Below are positions 27,560 through 41,000 of a DNA stretch of 64,000 bases, in pieces. Each line of letters starts with the position of its first letter. Within the stretch, counting starts at the first letter, position 1. Made by a program: the position numbers and the translations under genes. The DNA is taken from positions 528,515 through 592,514 of the forward strand of contig JBNZDD010013503.1 in the NCBI GenBank assembly GCA_050575255.1, given 5' to 3'. Under the pieces are notes generated by a model. The model had not been told where the DNA came from and did not search any database. It saw only the letters and a program-made list of their open reading frames with translations. The DNA comes from Harriotta raleighana (taxonomy: Eukaryota).

Positions 27560-27800
27560 GCAGAACCTTAGGCAAGTTTCCTTACTCCTCACGCCTGATA
27601 GTAACCCTTCAGAAAAAAAACAATAATAAATAGGTCATTGCAATCCACGATTGTTTGTGGGACACTGATATGCGTATTTGGCTGCCGCATTTCGCCCACA
27701 AATATACAGTCAATTCACTTTACATTATATTCTGTCAAGTGCTTAGAGATGTTTAGAAGATGTGAAACGCGTTATATCAAATGCAAGGATTCTTATTATT
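27560..27800 (+). mobile_element. SINE family A, 5'-truncated
   Basis: ggcaagtttccttactcc through atcaaatgcaaggattcttattatt. Confidence 0.87.
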
Positions 27801-28908
27801 AGCTCAAATCCTGACATTAAACTTGAATTTGCAACCTTCTGACCAAAAAGAATACTACAAACTGAGCAAGACTGACACCATTATCTTTTATTCTATTTGG
27901 GTATATATTGCACACCAGTAATTTGGTGAGAGTAGATTGGCTAACTTTCCTGTTTCATGCGAAGAAGGGAATGTATAGCATTGGGAATTTCTGTGGAACA
28001 ATCAAATTGATCTTGAAGGCTATATAAATGTAATTTTGATTGATTGATCCTGAAATACCTATGAAAAGCATTGAAAAGTACTAAAAAAAACTGTTGACAG
28101 TTCTTTTACATTGAATCTATGGGGTTCATTGACACCAAACTCTTTCTAACATATTTTCTTTGCACTCTGTCATTCTGCTGCAGGGTCTTACATCAGAAAC
28201 TGTGGATTGTCATCTTGAAATACACTCCTAATAAACTGATGATCTGACAGTGCCTCCTGCAGAGACAGTGCTAGAGGCATTTTATTACCATAGTAACAGG
28301 CACACAAAAAAAACTCACTTTCCGTAAAATTCCATTGACAGTTTCTAAAGTTTGAGAATCCTGCAGTTGAAACCAAGGCACTAATATTCCCAGCGGGGTT
28401 TTTTAAATCCCTAAATGTACAAAGATTACTGAGGCATGAAAAACACATTTTGATTCTCCAAGAGTCTTTTGTTTTTATCTGTGACAAATGGACCTTGACA
28501 GAAATACCTACAGTGATAATGGTTCTAATAATAATAAAGAAATACTACTCGCTAGTATCAAAGCATTTTGGGATTAAGTTAAATATGCATTATTGAGAAT
28601 ATTCAATTAAAAAATGTGCATTATCTCTGCCGCACAATGTCTCATCTCAGTGTCCAATACTCTGTATGCCAATCACCTCTCTCTTCCCTATATGTAAAAG
28701 ATCCTCTCCCCTTATGAATGCCACAGTACAGGTCTCTTCCACACTATCTCAACTCACTTTACTTTCCAGTGTCATCAATAAGAACTGGAAATAAAATAAT
28801 AAGCCTAAATCCGACTTGAAACATCAGAAGGAAAGAATAAATTGTTGCAGTGTTGATTAAGTCGAGTTCCACTTTGTTGGTTCATTATTTTCTCTGTTTT
28901 CTTTCCAG

Positions 28909-29057
28909 TACAGAATTGGACAGCTGTATATGATCAGCAAGCATAGCCACGAACAGAGTGACAGAGGAGAGGGTGTAGAGGTGGTACAGAATGAACCTTA
29001 TGAAGATCCCATTCATGGCAAGGGCCAATACACAGAGAAGAGGGTTTACCTGAACAG
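28909..29057 (+). CDS. PITPNC1: PITPNC1 coding exon 2 (149 nt)
   Basis: Acceptor ttttctttccag|TAC, donor AACAG|gtaaat; encodes [49 protein letters not shown](S). Confidence 0.97.
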
Positions 29058-32000
29058 GTAAATGCAGGCAGCAATGCTGTCAATCAGAATAACCTTAAGA
29101 TATGTAAATTAGAGTCCTAAAAATTCCTGTTAAGGTTCAGTGCAAACACCAAATTGGATTGGAGAGTGCATGATATGACATTTTGTGCTTTATGATCCTT
29201 GTTTCTCCCACTTGAAATTTGAAATAAAATATCAAAAAATTATAGATTGTAACATTCAGTCAAAGTCAAATATATACTTTAAATGTGAGAAGTCAAGTAC
29301 ACAATGCTTGTCAGAGATTAGAAATAAGAATTGAGAATTGGTGAGAATATCTCTGACCATAGTTCCAGCCCAATCTCCTCCCCTTTGTGTTATGAACAAT
29401 TCCGTGGGTTAAGTTGCAAGCAGTGACCTACTATTGAGGAAACCTGACAGCACAGTACTGTACTGTAATTGGCCACTAGTCAGTTTCTAAAGTTTGCTTA
29501 CACCTTTGCAACCTCAACAAGTTTTTTTAATTTTTAAAGATAGTTTGCATACATTCTTAATCTTGACCTAAATGACCTCGCAAGCTCGATGATCTGAATG
29601 ACCCTGTCTTGTTCTATCTTCTTACATTCTATTCATAGACTGTATTGAAAAGTTCAATTGGTTTCAGGCCATTTTTTGTTTTTTTTACTAGTGAGTTATT
29701 TACTGGCGTGCACCAGATGAACGACGTATAGCACAGGCAAAAACCAGGAGGTTAAAATGGGCAAGAAAAACAAATTAAATAAAGACATCACATAAATACA
29801 CGTGTGAAATAAACCCGAACACTTTATATCTCTTTTGTGAACTTGTATTAAAAACAAGGTTATTCACTCCTGATGCATTTACTATGGTTAGTTCTCCCAT
29901 GTTAAATTGTAAGGTGTCTCCTGGGGAGACGTTGGAACACATCCTGATTATCTGAGTTTGCTGTAAGCCTTAGGGGTCTTGACGTAGCTGGATGGTGGAG
30001 CTGCCCCAGATATATGGCAGAGAGAGCGAGAGAGGCTGTAATTCGTTTCAGAAAAACTGCTGATGCAGAAGGGAGAAAAAAGGTCTCGCTGAGGGGAACT
30101 GACATTTCGAATGAATACAAATTCTTCTATATATCTAACCTGCTGCTGAGAAAAGATAAAGTATCCCACCCAATAAATGTGATTGTGAAATTGATCCTTC
30201 CATTCCACTGGCAGGATTTTACCCCTCAAGCAAGGGTCATGCTCCAAGTGTTACACGGTTGTAATTATCTTTATTGTGTGCAATACATCTTTAGTGTCTG
30301 TCGTCAGATCTAATTCAACAATAAAGTCGTCACCTGGAGAGAAATAGCAGGAGCAACAGAGAATGCTGAAGTTGTCCCCTTGTCTGATAAGAAGCAGTAT
30401 ATATTTTTGTCTGAGTTTCCAGCAGCTTTTTGCTCAACAACTGCTTGCACTTACGTAATGCCTTTCGTATAGGATGACCATCACAAAATGAAACTCGACA
30501 ACTCGCCTGCTAGCACAGCTCATTTAAGAACATAAATTGCTGCTACAGTCATCTCCTCCCCCTTGCTTGATATTCTGTCATTGTAAAATGCTTTGTATCA
30601 TTAACCTGCATGAAAGGTGCTATATAAATGCACATGTTGTAGTTCATAACAATTGCACAATTCCAACATTAATTGGAACATCCCTAATTGAGCAAAATGG
30701 ACCTTGTTGGGTGCTCAAAACTGGAGATTCAGCACCAAACTTATGCTGCTAGAGACATATACAGTATTTGGTGCAAAATCCTTGTGTAACAAGATTTAAG
30801 AATTATTATATAAGTCCGGTAAGGCACAGTAGGGCCAACACCTTTTCCATGACTGTTTGTGGGCTCTGCGCAATTAACTGCCGCATTTCACCCACAATAT
30901 GCAGTCAACTCACTCTACAGTATATTCTGTGAAGCACTTTGAGACGTCTAGAAGATGTGAAAAGCACTATATCAAATGCAAGGACTATTATTATTATCAC
31001 CAACTCTCAGTGAAACATGAAGAAACTTTAATGCTCTGCAATAGTCTGCCAAAGGGAGATGGGAGATGATGTAGATTTTTAGTTGAAATGTTCTATTACT
31101 AAATTGTATGTTTTTACTATTTCCTTTATTTTAAAATGTCTTTTAGAATATACTCTAAAGTGAATTGACTGTATATTTTTGGGTGAAACACAGCAGCTGG
31201 TTGCACACAGCAGTGTCCCACAATAAGTCGTGGATTGAAGTGACCAATTTATTATTGTTTATTATTTATTTTAGGGATTATTATCAGGAGTGCGAAGTAA
31301 GAAAACTTGTCCAAGGTTTCACTCTGTCGGGAATCAAACTCAGATTTCTCGCTTGTAAGGCTTGAAACCACTGAGCTACAGGACAGCTACACAGCACCCC
31401 CTCACTTCCTTGACTATAACACCCCAATCCCTCCCCCATATTATTATTATAGCAATTGTGAAGACAAAGATAAAGGACTGAAGAATTGTGCTTTCTTTAG
31501 ACTGGTACTTAAAATTGCAAAACATAGGCCATACATCACCTAAAACCCCTTGAAATTCTTAAAGACTTTTGTTGCAGATTAAAAGTAAAGGTAGCACTTT
31601 GGGCTCCCCCTCACTCACATTTTGGAGATGAGAGTGACTGATGAATTTGTACAGTGAAAGTAACAATCATCACAAAATTTTGCATTGTAGCGTGATTAAC
31701 TCTGTCTTTTAAAATCTGTATTTTATCATTCCACCCCCTTTACAACTTCAATTCTGTATAAATATAATCAGATGTAGAATAATTACACCAGTTTGCTGGT
31801 ATAATTGTAGCTGCAGAAGCAACAGCATCACGACTCATAGGAAGAATCTAAGAAACTGTCTGTTCAGATTTCTGTAATGATTCTTTGTCATTTTACGGTA
31901 TTTAATTTCTCTATTTTCCAGCCTTACCCAGACTGTCTGGGAGATGTCTTCTATGAGGTTTAGGAGGGAGCCACGATTGTAGGACAACTCCAACCACAAT

Positions 32001-35000
32001 CCCCTCACCAGCTCTTAGCTCTTAACGTTGACCTACAAACAGCTTTTCTTTCTAATGTAATTTTTTCTTGTTGCATTTTTCAATAAGAAAACAGTGCAGG
32101 AGGAAGTGGTGGAACCAGAATCAGTTTTTAAAAATTTATATTATTTTTAAAAGCATTTCTAAAAGCAGATAATTTTCAAAGCATAAGATGTCGTTTGTCC
32201 CCCAAACCCCCCCCCCCCCTCCTTTTTTGGTATTATTTACATTGGTGTAATTTGGAACTTTGAGGTGGATAACTCTTATGTAAGTACACAATATGGAGCT
32301 AGAGAATGAGGACAGAAAAAAAGCTGAAGCCATGTGTACTAGATCGACTGGAAACAGATGATAATGCACCTGCGCTGTAGCAATGTAAGATTCACCCCGG
32401 TGGAATTAAAACATCCCTGACAGAAAAATAACCCTTCAGTTCTAAGAACTTTGTCTGTTACAAAGAAACATACTTGAACCTGAACAGTATCACTCGTCGT
32501 TGAAAATATAGCTTGTTTATCAGTACAGTAGTTATATGTTGGAGAAAACATTGAATTGAACAAGCATAAAGGCATGTTGCGGGATTTGACTTAACATAAT
32601 TAAATGCTGTGATTTAATTACAGCCTTCAAGCCTCAGCGCCTTGGGACATCCTCCCGACGTGAAAGGCGCTCTATAAATGTAAATTTGTTGTTGTTGTTC
32701 AAGGAAGTTTGAACTAGCGGTGATTTTTTTTGGAGTGTTTATTTTCGAGTTTTTACTTGGTTATTTTGGCATTTGGAGAGAATTTATACAGAACTTCCTC
32801 CAGAGAGAATGGAGTAAGTTTCTTATGTTCCTTGTGTTGTAAATGGCACTGTACATCTGCTGATATTGCTCTGCTGATCACTTTGTCAGTTGATCTCCAG
32901 GGCACCATTTAGAATTTCATCAACCAGCTGATTAACAGACAGGAAACCAATTGTCAAACTGAGGCATCCTAAAAAGATTAATCATGAATTAGAATGTAGA
33001 AAACTAGGCAGCATTCCCATTGCACAATGTTCTTGATTAAAAGAAGCAAAAATTAGAACTTGTAATAGAAGTCCAGGAAGTTGAAAGAAAAAGATTTAGT
33101 TATTGACTCAATCTGATTTCCACCTTGCCCGTGTATTGAAGTCCAACATCATCAGGTAGCCGCATAGGCTGTATTTAACTTTACTGATCCTTTTGCTGAG
33201 ACGACGTGCTTTTATCTCATTCCTGTTGCCATTTGCTTCATGCCTGCCAATTGCAGCATGGAGGGAGGGCACATCATTTCCTTTTAAATTGATGTGAATC
33301 CCTTTCTTAATCCATAAACAGCAGGAGTTTGCTAACGACCACTTAGTGCTATCCAACACCGGAGAAAAATCCTCAGTGAGGCCGGCAGAGAACCTGGTAT
33401 CTTTACCTTAATATCATCTCCAGTTTATATCATTGGTTGATTTAGTTTCAGCTTGTTACAGCTATTTTTTACAGAGATGTGTGATGATACCCGATGCTGG
33501 TGTTTTTACAAATTTTGTAATCAGCATTCATCTATCAAAATACAGATTATCCATGCTTTACATATATATATATATATATATATACTTTATGTGGATTATT
33601 ATTTAAGTTCTATCAATATATTATCAGTACTAATGATCTGAAAGCTTTTATTAATATTCAGTTATTATTTTTTAAATTCTGCTTGTATTTCCTTTTTACA
33701 TTGTAATTATCGTGGTTTATTTACAGCAAGCTTCCGAGTTGGGCTAGAGCGGTGGTTCCAAGGATCTTTTATGTCACAGAAAAGGCATGGAATTATTATC
33801 CGTACACAATCACAGGTGAGATTTGTTACTGTTACTTCAGAGACTGTTACTTCATAGCAGTAAGATATTCTCTTTAAAGTGGAGTGGAAGCAGGATGGCT
33901 CGAATCACAAATCATTTACAAGTTTATTCTACCAAACATTTTCAACCAAAGGAATGGATTCTGTCTCCTAGATTGCAACTTGTGACATCTTTTTAAAATA
34001 ATAATAATCCTTGCATTTGATATAGCTCTTTTTACGTCTTCTAGACATCTCAAAGCACTTCACAGAATATACCGCAAAGTGAATTGACTGTATATTTGTG
34101 GGCTTTACTGTCCACAAAACAATCTACGAGAAGTATGACAACTTGTTGTGAACATGACAAACCAAAACATCAGGCAGTGAGGTTCAGTCGAATAANCAAG
34201 GAAGTTTGAACTAGCGGTGATTTTTTTTGGAGTGTTTATTTTCGAGTTTTTACTTGGTTATTTTGGCATTTGGAGAGAATTTATACAGAACTTCCTCCAG
34301 AGAGAATGGAGTAAGTTTCTTATGTTCCTTGTGTTGTAAATGGCACTGTACATCTGCTGATATTGCTCTGCTGATCACTTTGTCAGTTGATCTCCAGGGC
34401 ACCATTTAGAATTTCATCAACCAGCTGATTAACAGACAGGAAACCAATTGTCAAACTGAGGCATCCTAAAAAGATTAATCATGAATTAGAATGTAGAAAA
34501 CTAGGCAGCATTCCCATTGCACAATGTTCTTGATTAAAAGAAGCAAAAATTAGAACTTGTAATAGAAGTCCAGGAAGTTGAAAGAAAAAGATTTAGTTAT
34601 TGACTCAATCTGATTTCCACCTTGCCCGTGTATTGAAGTCCAACATCATCAGGTAGCCGCATAGGCTGTATTTAACTTTACTGATCCTTTTGCTGAGACG
34701 ACGTGCTTTTATCTCATTCCTGTTGCCATTTGCTTCATGCCTGCCAATTGCAGCATGGAGGGAGGGCACATCATTTCCTTTTAAATTGATGTGAATCCCT
34801 TTCTTAATCCATAAACAGCAGGAGTTTGCTAACGACCACTTAGTGCTATCCAACACCGGAGAAAAATCCTCAGTGAGGCCGGCAGAGAACCTGGTATCTT
34901 TACCTTAATATCATCTCCAGTTTATATCATTGGTTGATTTAGTTTCAGCTTGTTACAGCTATTTTTTACAGAGATGTGTGATGATACCCGATGCTGGTGT

Positions 35001-38000
35001 TTTTACAAATTTTGTAATCAGCATTCATCTATCAAAATACAGATTATCCATGCTTTACATATATATATATATATATATATACTTTATGTGGATTATTATT
35101 TAAGTTCTATCAATATATTATCAGTACTAATGATCTGAAAGCTTTTATTAATATTCAGTTATTATTTTTTAAATTCTGCTTGTATTTCCTTTTTACATTG
35201 TAATTATCGTGGTTTATTTACAGCAAGCTTCCGAGTTGGGCTAGAGCGGTGGTTCCAAGGATCTTTTATGTCACAGAAAAGGCATGGAATTATTATCCGT
35301 ACACAATCACAGGTGAGATTTGTTACTGTTACTTCAGAGACTGTTACTTCATAGCAGTAAGATATTCTCTTTAAAGTGGAGTGGAAGCAGGATGGCTCGA
35401 ATCACAAATCATTTACAAGTTTATTCTACCAAACATTTTCAACCAAAGGAATGGATTCTGTCTCCTAGATTGCAACTTGTGACATCTTTTTAAAATAATA
35501 ATAATCCTTGCATTTGATATAGCTCTTTTTACGTCTTCTAGACATCTCAAAGCACTTCACAGAATATACCGCAAAGTGAATTGACTGTATATTTGTGGGC
35601 TTTACTGTCCACAAAACAATCTACGAGAAGTATGACAACTTGTTGTGAACATGACAAACCAAAACATCAGGCAGTGAGGTTCAGTCGAATAAAAATAAAT
35701 CCTTGTCTGAGGAATATAAAAATTTACTACGCCTTTCAGAACCAGGATGCTTTTCTTTACCCAGAAGGTAATTAACGGCTGGAATAAGTTGCCAGGCAGG
35801 TTGCCTGAGCCCGGTACTCTGGATTCATTTAAAAAACAGCTTGATGCTGTGATGGAAAGATTGTTGGGTCTGGAAGGATGAGATCAAATAGGCCATCTTC
35901 CAAATCAATCACGTATCTTTGTTTCACAAGATCATGAGATTGGTTCATCTTTTTTTCCAATCAGTCCAAAATAAATTTATTTTCCGGGTCAACAATTAAA
36001 TATGATAGGCCAAGAATAACACACAGAGCACAAAGGAAACAGGACAGAAACAATTTGAGCCATCAATCAAATCTTACAGGTAAAAGTTAAGTACCAAAAT
36101 TGATTTAAAATTTGTGAAGGAGATTCACGTCTCCCCTTTATTGCCCCGATGCACTGTTTAATTGAAACCCACAAACTGTGGGACTCACTTCCACTTTCCT
36201 TTCAAATGTTGCAAGTCAACATTATGAGAATTGGGCCATTTATTATTTTAAAAAACTTTGATCTTGAACCAAGCAGATTTCAGAGGTTGTTATTCCATGC
36301 AGATCTGAATGCTCGACCATTTCCTGATGCTGCTCAGTTCAAGCAAGGTTTAAGTATGCCATGTGCCTCATTGCCTCCAGAAAAGGATGAGGTTTTCAGT
36401 CTGTTTGCACATAGGTGCCAAAGCATTGTAATCTCTTGGGCATGAGTAAGCAGATCAGCTACGGTCTCAGCTTCTTAGAAATTTTAATTAAGCACCAACT
36501 TCCTCACATCTATGACAATAAGCAGTCTCAATTCTACACATAATAACTGATTTACTGTGATCTGGAACTGCTGAATGCTGTATTTAAATTGCAGAGTTCC
36601 TTAGAGAATTAGTTTGACAGAGCCAAGTGTAGGAAGCACCCATTTTTATTGCAGTGGTTTTGAACAGCAGTGCGTACATACTTTTTTAAAGATAATGTCT
36701 TGGCTTCAGTCCTCAGGACTCAATCCACAAGTGGTTGAGACCGCAGTTCTGTGGGGGGAAAACCGCTTCACTCATCTTTCTGCAGTGAGCAAAACAATCA
36801 CTCAGCCCTAACACAGACAAAACCACCGCCAACAACTCTTCCAAGCATTTATATTGTCAGCGGAGACAGCACTTGGCCTGAGCCACTCTCAAACCATCCC
36901 TAAGATTGGCCCTGGATGATTTACCTTCTGATTAGATTTTTCTCCTCTCTCCCCATGAGACGGCGGCCCCTGATGTTTGCTCATTGCCTCCTCTGAGGGT
37001 TTCAATAGAGAATTTGCTATGTTGGGATTGAGGTCAGTAACTACAGAGCCTGCCCTTGGTGTACCAGTGTTCTGAGTCACCCTGCTGTCCCTGAGTTGAG
37101 TTTGTTTTTTAAACAACCCCCCAAAAAACATGGAGATAGATGCGTTACTAAGATATGGTTCTAACGTATGTGCATCATTAGTATCTTCTCTCAAGTAAAT
37201 TGTTTGATTGTCCCTAGGTCATTTTAGCCAATTAGTTAATCTGACATTTTATTTGGTTGTATCAGTACATGTTGACTCAATGCCTTTGAAATTTAGATTT
37301 AATCCTTTCTTTTACAGTCAGTATCTTATTTAAATCTTTCTTGTTACATTGGAGGTTTGTAAATAATCATGTGTGCTAAATATTATACAAAAGGATCTGA
37401 GAGTTGGCAAGTGCAGTCATCTTAACTGCTGGGATATGTGAATTTGTTAATCACACGCTTAACATTTGTAATGTCTGTATAGCAGTGTTAAATCTATTTG
37501 GAGATTGAAGGAAGATGGAGAGAGAAGACCTGAGGTGCAGTCAGATTGAGGTGAAGGGTTGGGGGTGGGGGAGGAGAGAAAATATACTTGACAAGCCAGG
37601 GAGAAGATACTAGAAAAGTGTTCTAGTGGGTGGGTCTTAGTTAAGAGACCCAATGGGCAGGATCTTGTGTTAAGAGAAGATATGAGGAAGGATTGTGAAG
37701 GGCAGATACTTGCCATTGTCATGAATGACATAATAGGGAGAGAGATAAAAATGGGAATAGGAAAATGTGAGTTTCATTGGAAATTCTTGTTATGAGTAAA
37801 TCATGTAATTCAAGATCTATGCTAAAACCCAGCTGGAGGAAGGAATTGAAAGCCGTTCACAAGAAAATTGAACTCATATTCTTGGTTTTGTGGATATGAA
37901 ACTACAACGCAGAACTTCCAAATTAACTCATTGTTGTTGTGTTGTGTTGTATGTGTTGTGCAGGATGAGGGATATTGGTGTTTGCAGCGATGACAGTTTT

Positions 38001-41000
38001 GTGTTAGCTGTTCAGGCATATCAGAACCCGACACTTAAGGCTCCCGTGTCTCAGATCAAGGTTAGCAAAATGTAGCTAATTGGCACTGTGATCACAACAG
38101 AGAGAGCATGTGTTTGTGCGAGACCAACGGGGAGAGGAAGTGAAATGAAACCCAGATGGTTGAAAGAACCGTATTGTAACATAATACATGAGTACCCGTG
38201 CTTGAATTTGACTTACTTCTAAAGAATTAGTTTCCACCTTTTATCTGTCTAAAATCAAAAGTGTCAAGGGGAGATAACTTTAATGTGACTGTATCCAGGT
38301 TCGTTGCAGACATTTTGAACAATATTTCTGTACAGCGTGGGTGAATCTATTGCGGAATGCATTCCGCGAAAAGTACTTCCTGCAACAAATCATCACAAAA
38401 TGTCTCTACGGATAAGTTAGTCTCTGATCTCTTTGGAACTCCGCAGAGAACCTCATTTCAGGTCTTGAACTCAGCAGTGAACGACTTAGCTTTGCCTCTG
38501 AGGTATCAGTAGTGGTGGCCAAACCATGGAATCATAGAATAAAATGAAATCAGTGCCAATTGATCTACTCTTTGGCCTAGACTCTGATCAGCTAGATATT
38601 TATTACTAAAATTTATTACAGGATAGTTTATTGGTAATAAACTCTTGTTCAAAACACTGCTCGAAACGCTATGCTCTCTGTGANTATTTATTACTAAAAT
38701 TTATTACAGGATAGTTTATTCGTAATAAACTCTTGTTCAAAACACTGCTCGAAACGCTATGCTCTCTGTGAGTCAGTGAGTGTTGACAAGCCACATGGGT
38801 GCATTACAGCTGAGACTTAATTTAATTCTCAGCGGATGTTCATCCATGCAGACTTTCCAATGGGAGTTGGGGCAATTCTGGATGAAGATCAGAAGCAATT
38901 ATCCAGGCTGATTTCCCTCTCTAAAAAATGTTGTGTTGAGGCCAATTTTAGAGGCTTTGCTAAGATCGTATGGACTGCATAGCCAAGTGTTACACCAGGC
39001 AATGCTTAGGGTATCAGTTTCGTATTGGTTATAATCTTATTTGTTTCTTCACTTGAGCAAACAAAAAGATTAAAACCCAAAGTTTCTTTCTCTGGTTATT
39101 TTTAGTTAGTGTTTCCTAATATTCTCATCCTTGCTGTAAGTGCATATTTATTTATGGTTACCTGAAAGCATAGCCACACTTTTTATAAAATGTCCTCTAA
39201 GATGCTGATCTCAGTTGCATTACTGTGGTGGGGAAGGCAACTCACGAGAGCTATGAAAGGTGCTATTCAAATGTAATTGTTTATTGTCTCAGTGTGTAGT
39301 GGGACTGATGTAGGCCTGGAAGCAGACTGCCTATGCACATTGTTGCATTGTTTGGGAACATCAAGGGTAAAAGGAGAAGAATAACTTTTAAAAATCCAAA
39401 TGAAAGGAACTGTATTCAGTCTTTTTATCAGTGTTTCTGCTGACCTGAATTTTTATTTGAAGTAGGTTTTATTGTCATAGAAATAATAGCCTGGCAATCA
39501 GAAATCAACTCGGTAAAACTCATTTGAAAAATTCTGAACTTTCTGTGCCTCACATTAAATGTTTGGCCATTCTTAATTGCATCATGAACGACAGTTTTGA
39601 CTCAATCAACCTGATAGAAATCACAGAGTCTGGTAGCTGGTCGTATTTGATCAAATGATAGTTTTTTTCTCAAGAGTTTTGTGTAACTTCCTTAAGTATG
39701 GGTTGTGAGCATTACCTCCCAGCTGCCTGTATTTACTGCATATCTTTCTCTTTCCTTTTATGTGCTTTTACCTTGGTCGGGACATGGTACAGAATATACG
39801 GTGAGTACTCCAAACGCTGTCTTAGATTTCTTTAGGTGCTGAATAATAGTAATATAATAATGGCAATAAATGACATGGATATTCTATTTCTGAAGACTCA
39901 AACTAACTTTGGTATTTTTCCACTCATATAATATCCTCTGATAATATGAGAGGAACAAAGCCGGAAGGTGTCAGTCTGAACAGTTTTGTTTTGCTTTCCA
40001 TATACAGTACTGAATCATTATACACAAAATACCTTTAGAAACATATCAGTGCAGTGAAGTTTTGTAATCATAGATTTAGTTTATGGTAATTTTTGTGAGA
40101 AGCATGTGACTTAATTCAACCTCACTTAATTTATCTTATCCCATTCTCATGAACTTAAATCTCATTTTGTGCTCTCCAGCTGAGTGCTCATGATGTATTT
40201 CTGACACTGTCCGTTGGTCTTAGAAAATCATTGCATTTATATTGGGTTATCTTAGAACTTCTAAGCACTTAACCTTTAAAGTGGAGCATATACCTGTAAT
40301 ATAATAATAATACTTGCATTTGATATAGCACTTTTCACGACTTCTAGATATTTCAAAGCGCTTCACAGATTACACTGTAAAGTGAATTGACTATATATTT
40401 GTGGGCAAAACAGCCAATTGCTCCCAGCAGTGTTCCACAAACAGTCATGGATTGAAATGACCAATTTATTATTATTTGAGGAATTATTATTAAGTGTGTG
40501 GAGTAAGAAATTTTTCCGAAGGTTTCACCCTGCCTGGAATTGAACCCAGGTCTCGCTTGTAAGGCAAGTGCTCTAGCCACTGAGCTTCAGGACTGTAACC
40601 AGGCTTTCAAACAGGGACTATTAATAATGAAATGGAAATTCTGCCAAAACAGAAAAAAAAGATCTGCTTCCTAAGCGGTATAATATGGATAGACATTTTC
40701 ACTTATCATAACATTTTCAATTCTTCGCAGTGAAAGTACATCAACAACATCTTGCCTTCATATAGCTTCCTTCAGGAAGGTAGAGTCTTGGAACACTGAA
40801 AGTATATGCAGGGTGACCAAAAGGTCGTGATACCATTAAAATGTCTAATAAGTCTTTAAATAAATGGTAATATTTTGGGAGGTTTTTAGATAATAGGGTA
40901 GATATCACGACTTTTTGATCACCCTGTATATTTTCAGTTTCTGCCTTTATGTGAAATGTGATTGATATTTATTCCCACCCACTGTAACTACCTCATGCCG

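Larger units (their letters stand above)
32700..35692. repeat. 1496-bp tandem duplication (32700-34195 / 34197-35692) separated by a single N
   Basis: The ORF track repeats exactly at offset 1497; the (AT)n tract has the same length (23 nt) in both copies. Confidence 0.95.

Noticed and set aside
1-28908. PITPNC1 exon 1 or promoter, or a nested gene
   Set aside because: I saw no MLLKEYRICMPL-like exon and no CpG island. The short ORFs have no recognisable protein character, so this reads as intron 1.
32199-32223. C13 run as a G-quadruplex element
   Set aside because: A simple homopolymer with no supporting context.
33827-33854. Short direct repeats (actgttacttca x2; also near 59140-59190 and 60422-60455)
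   Set aside because: Two-unit slippage duplications, common in introns, with no CRISPR-like repeat-spacer array.
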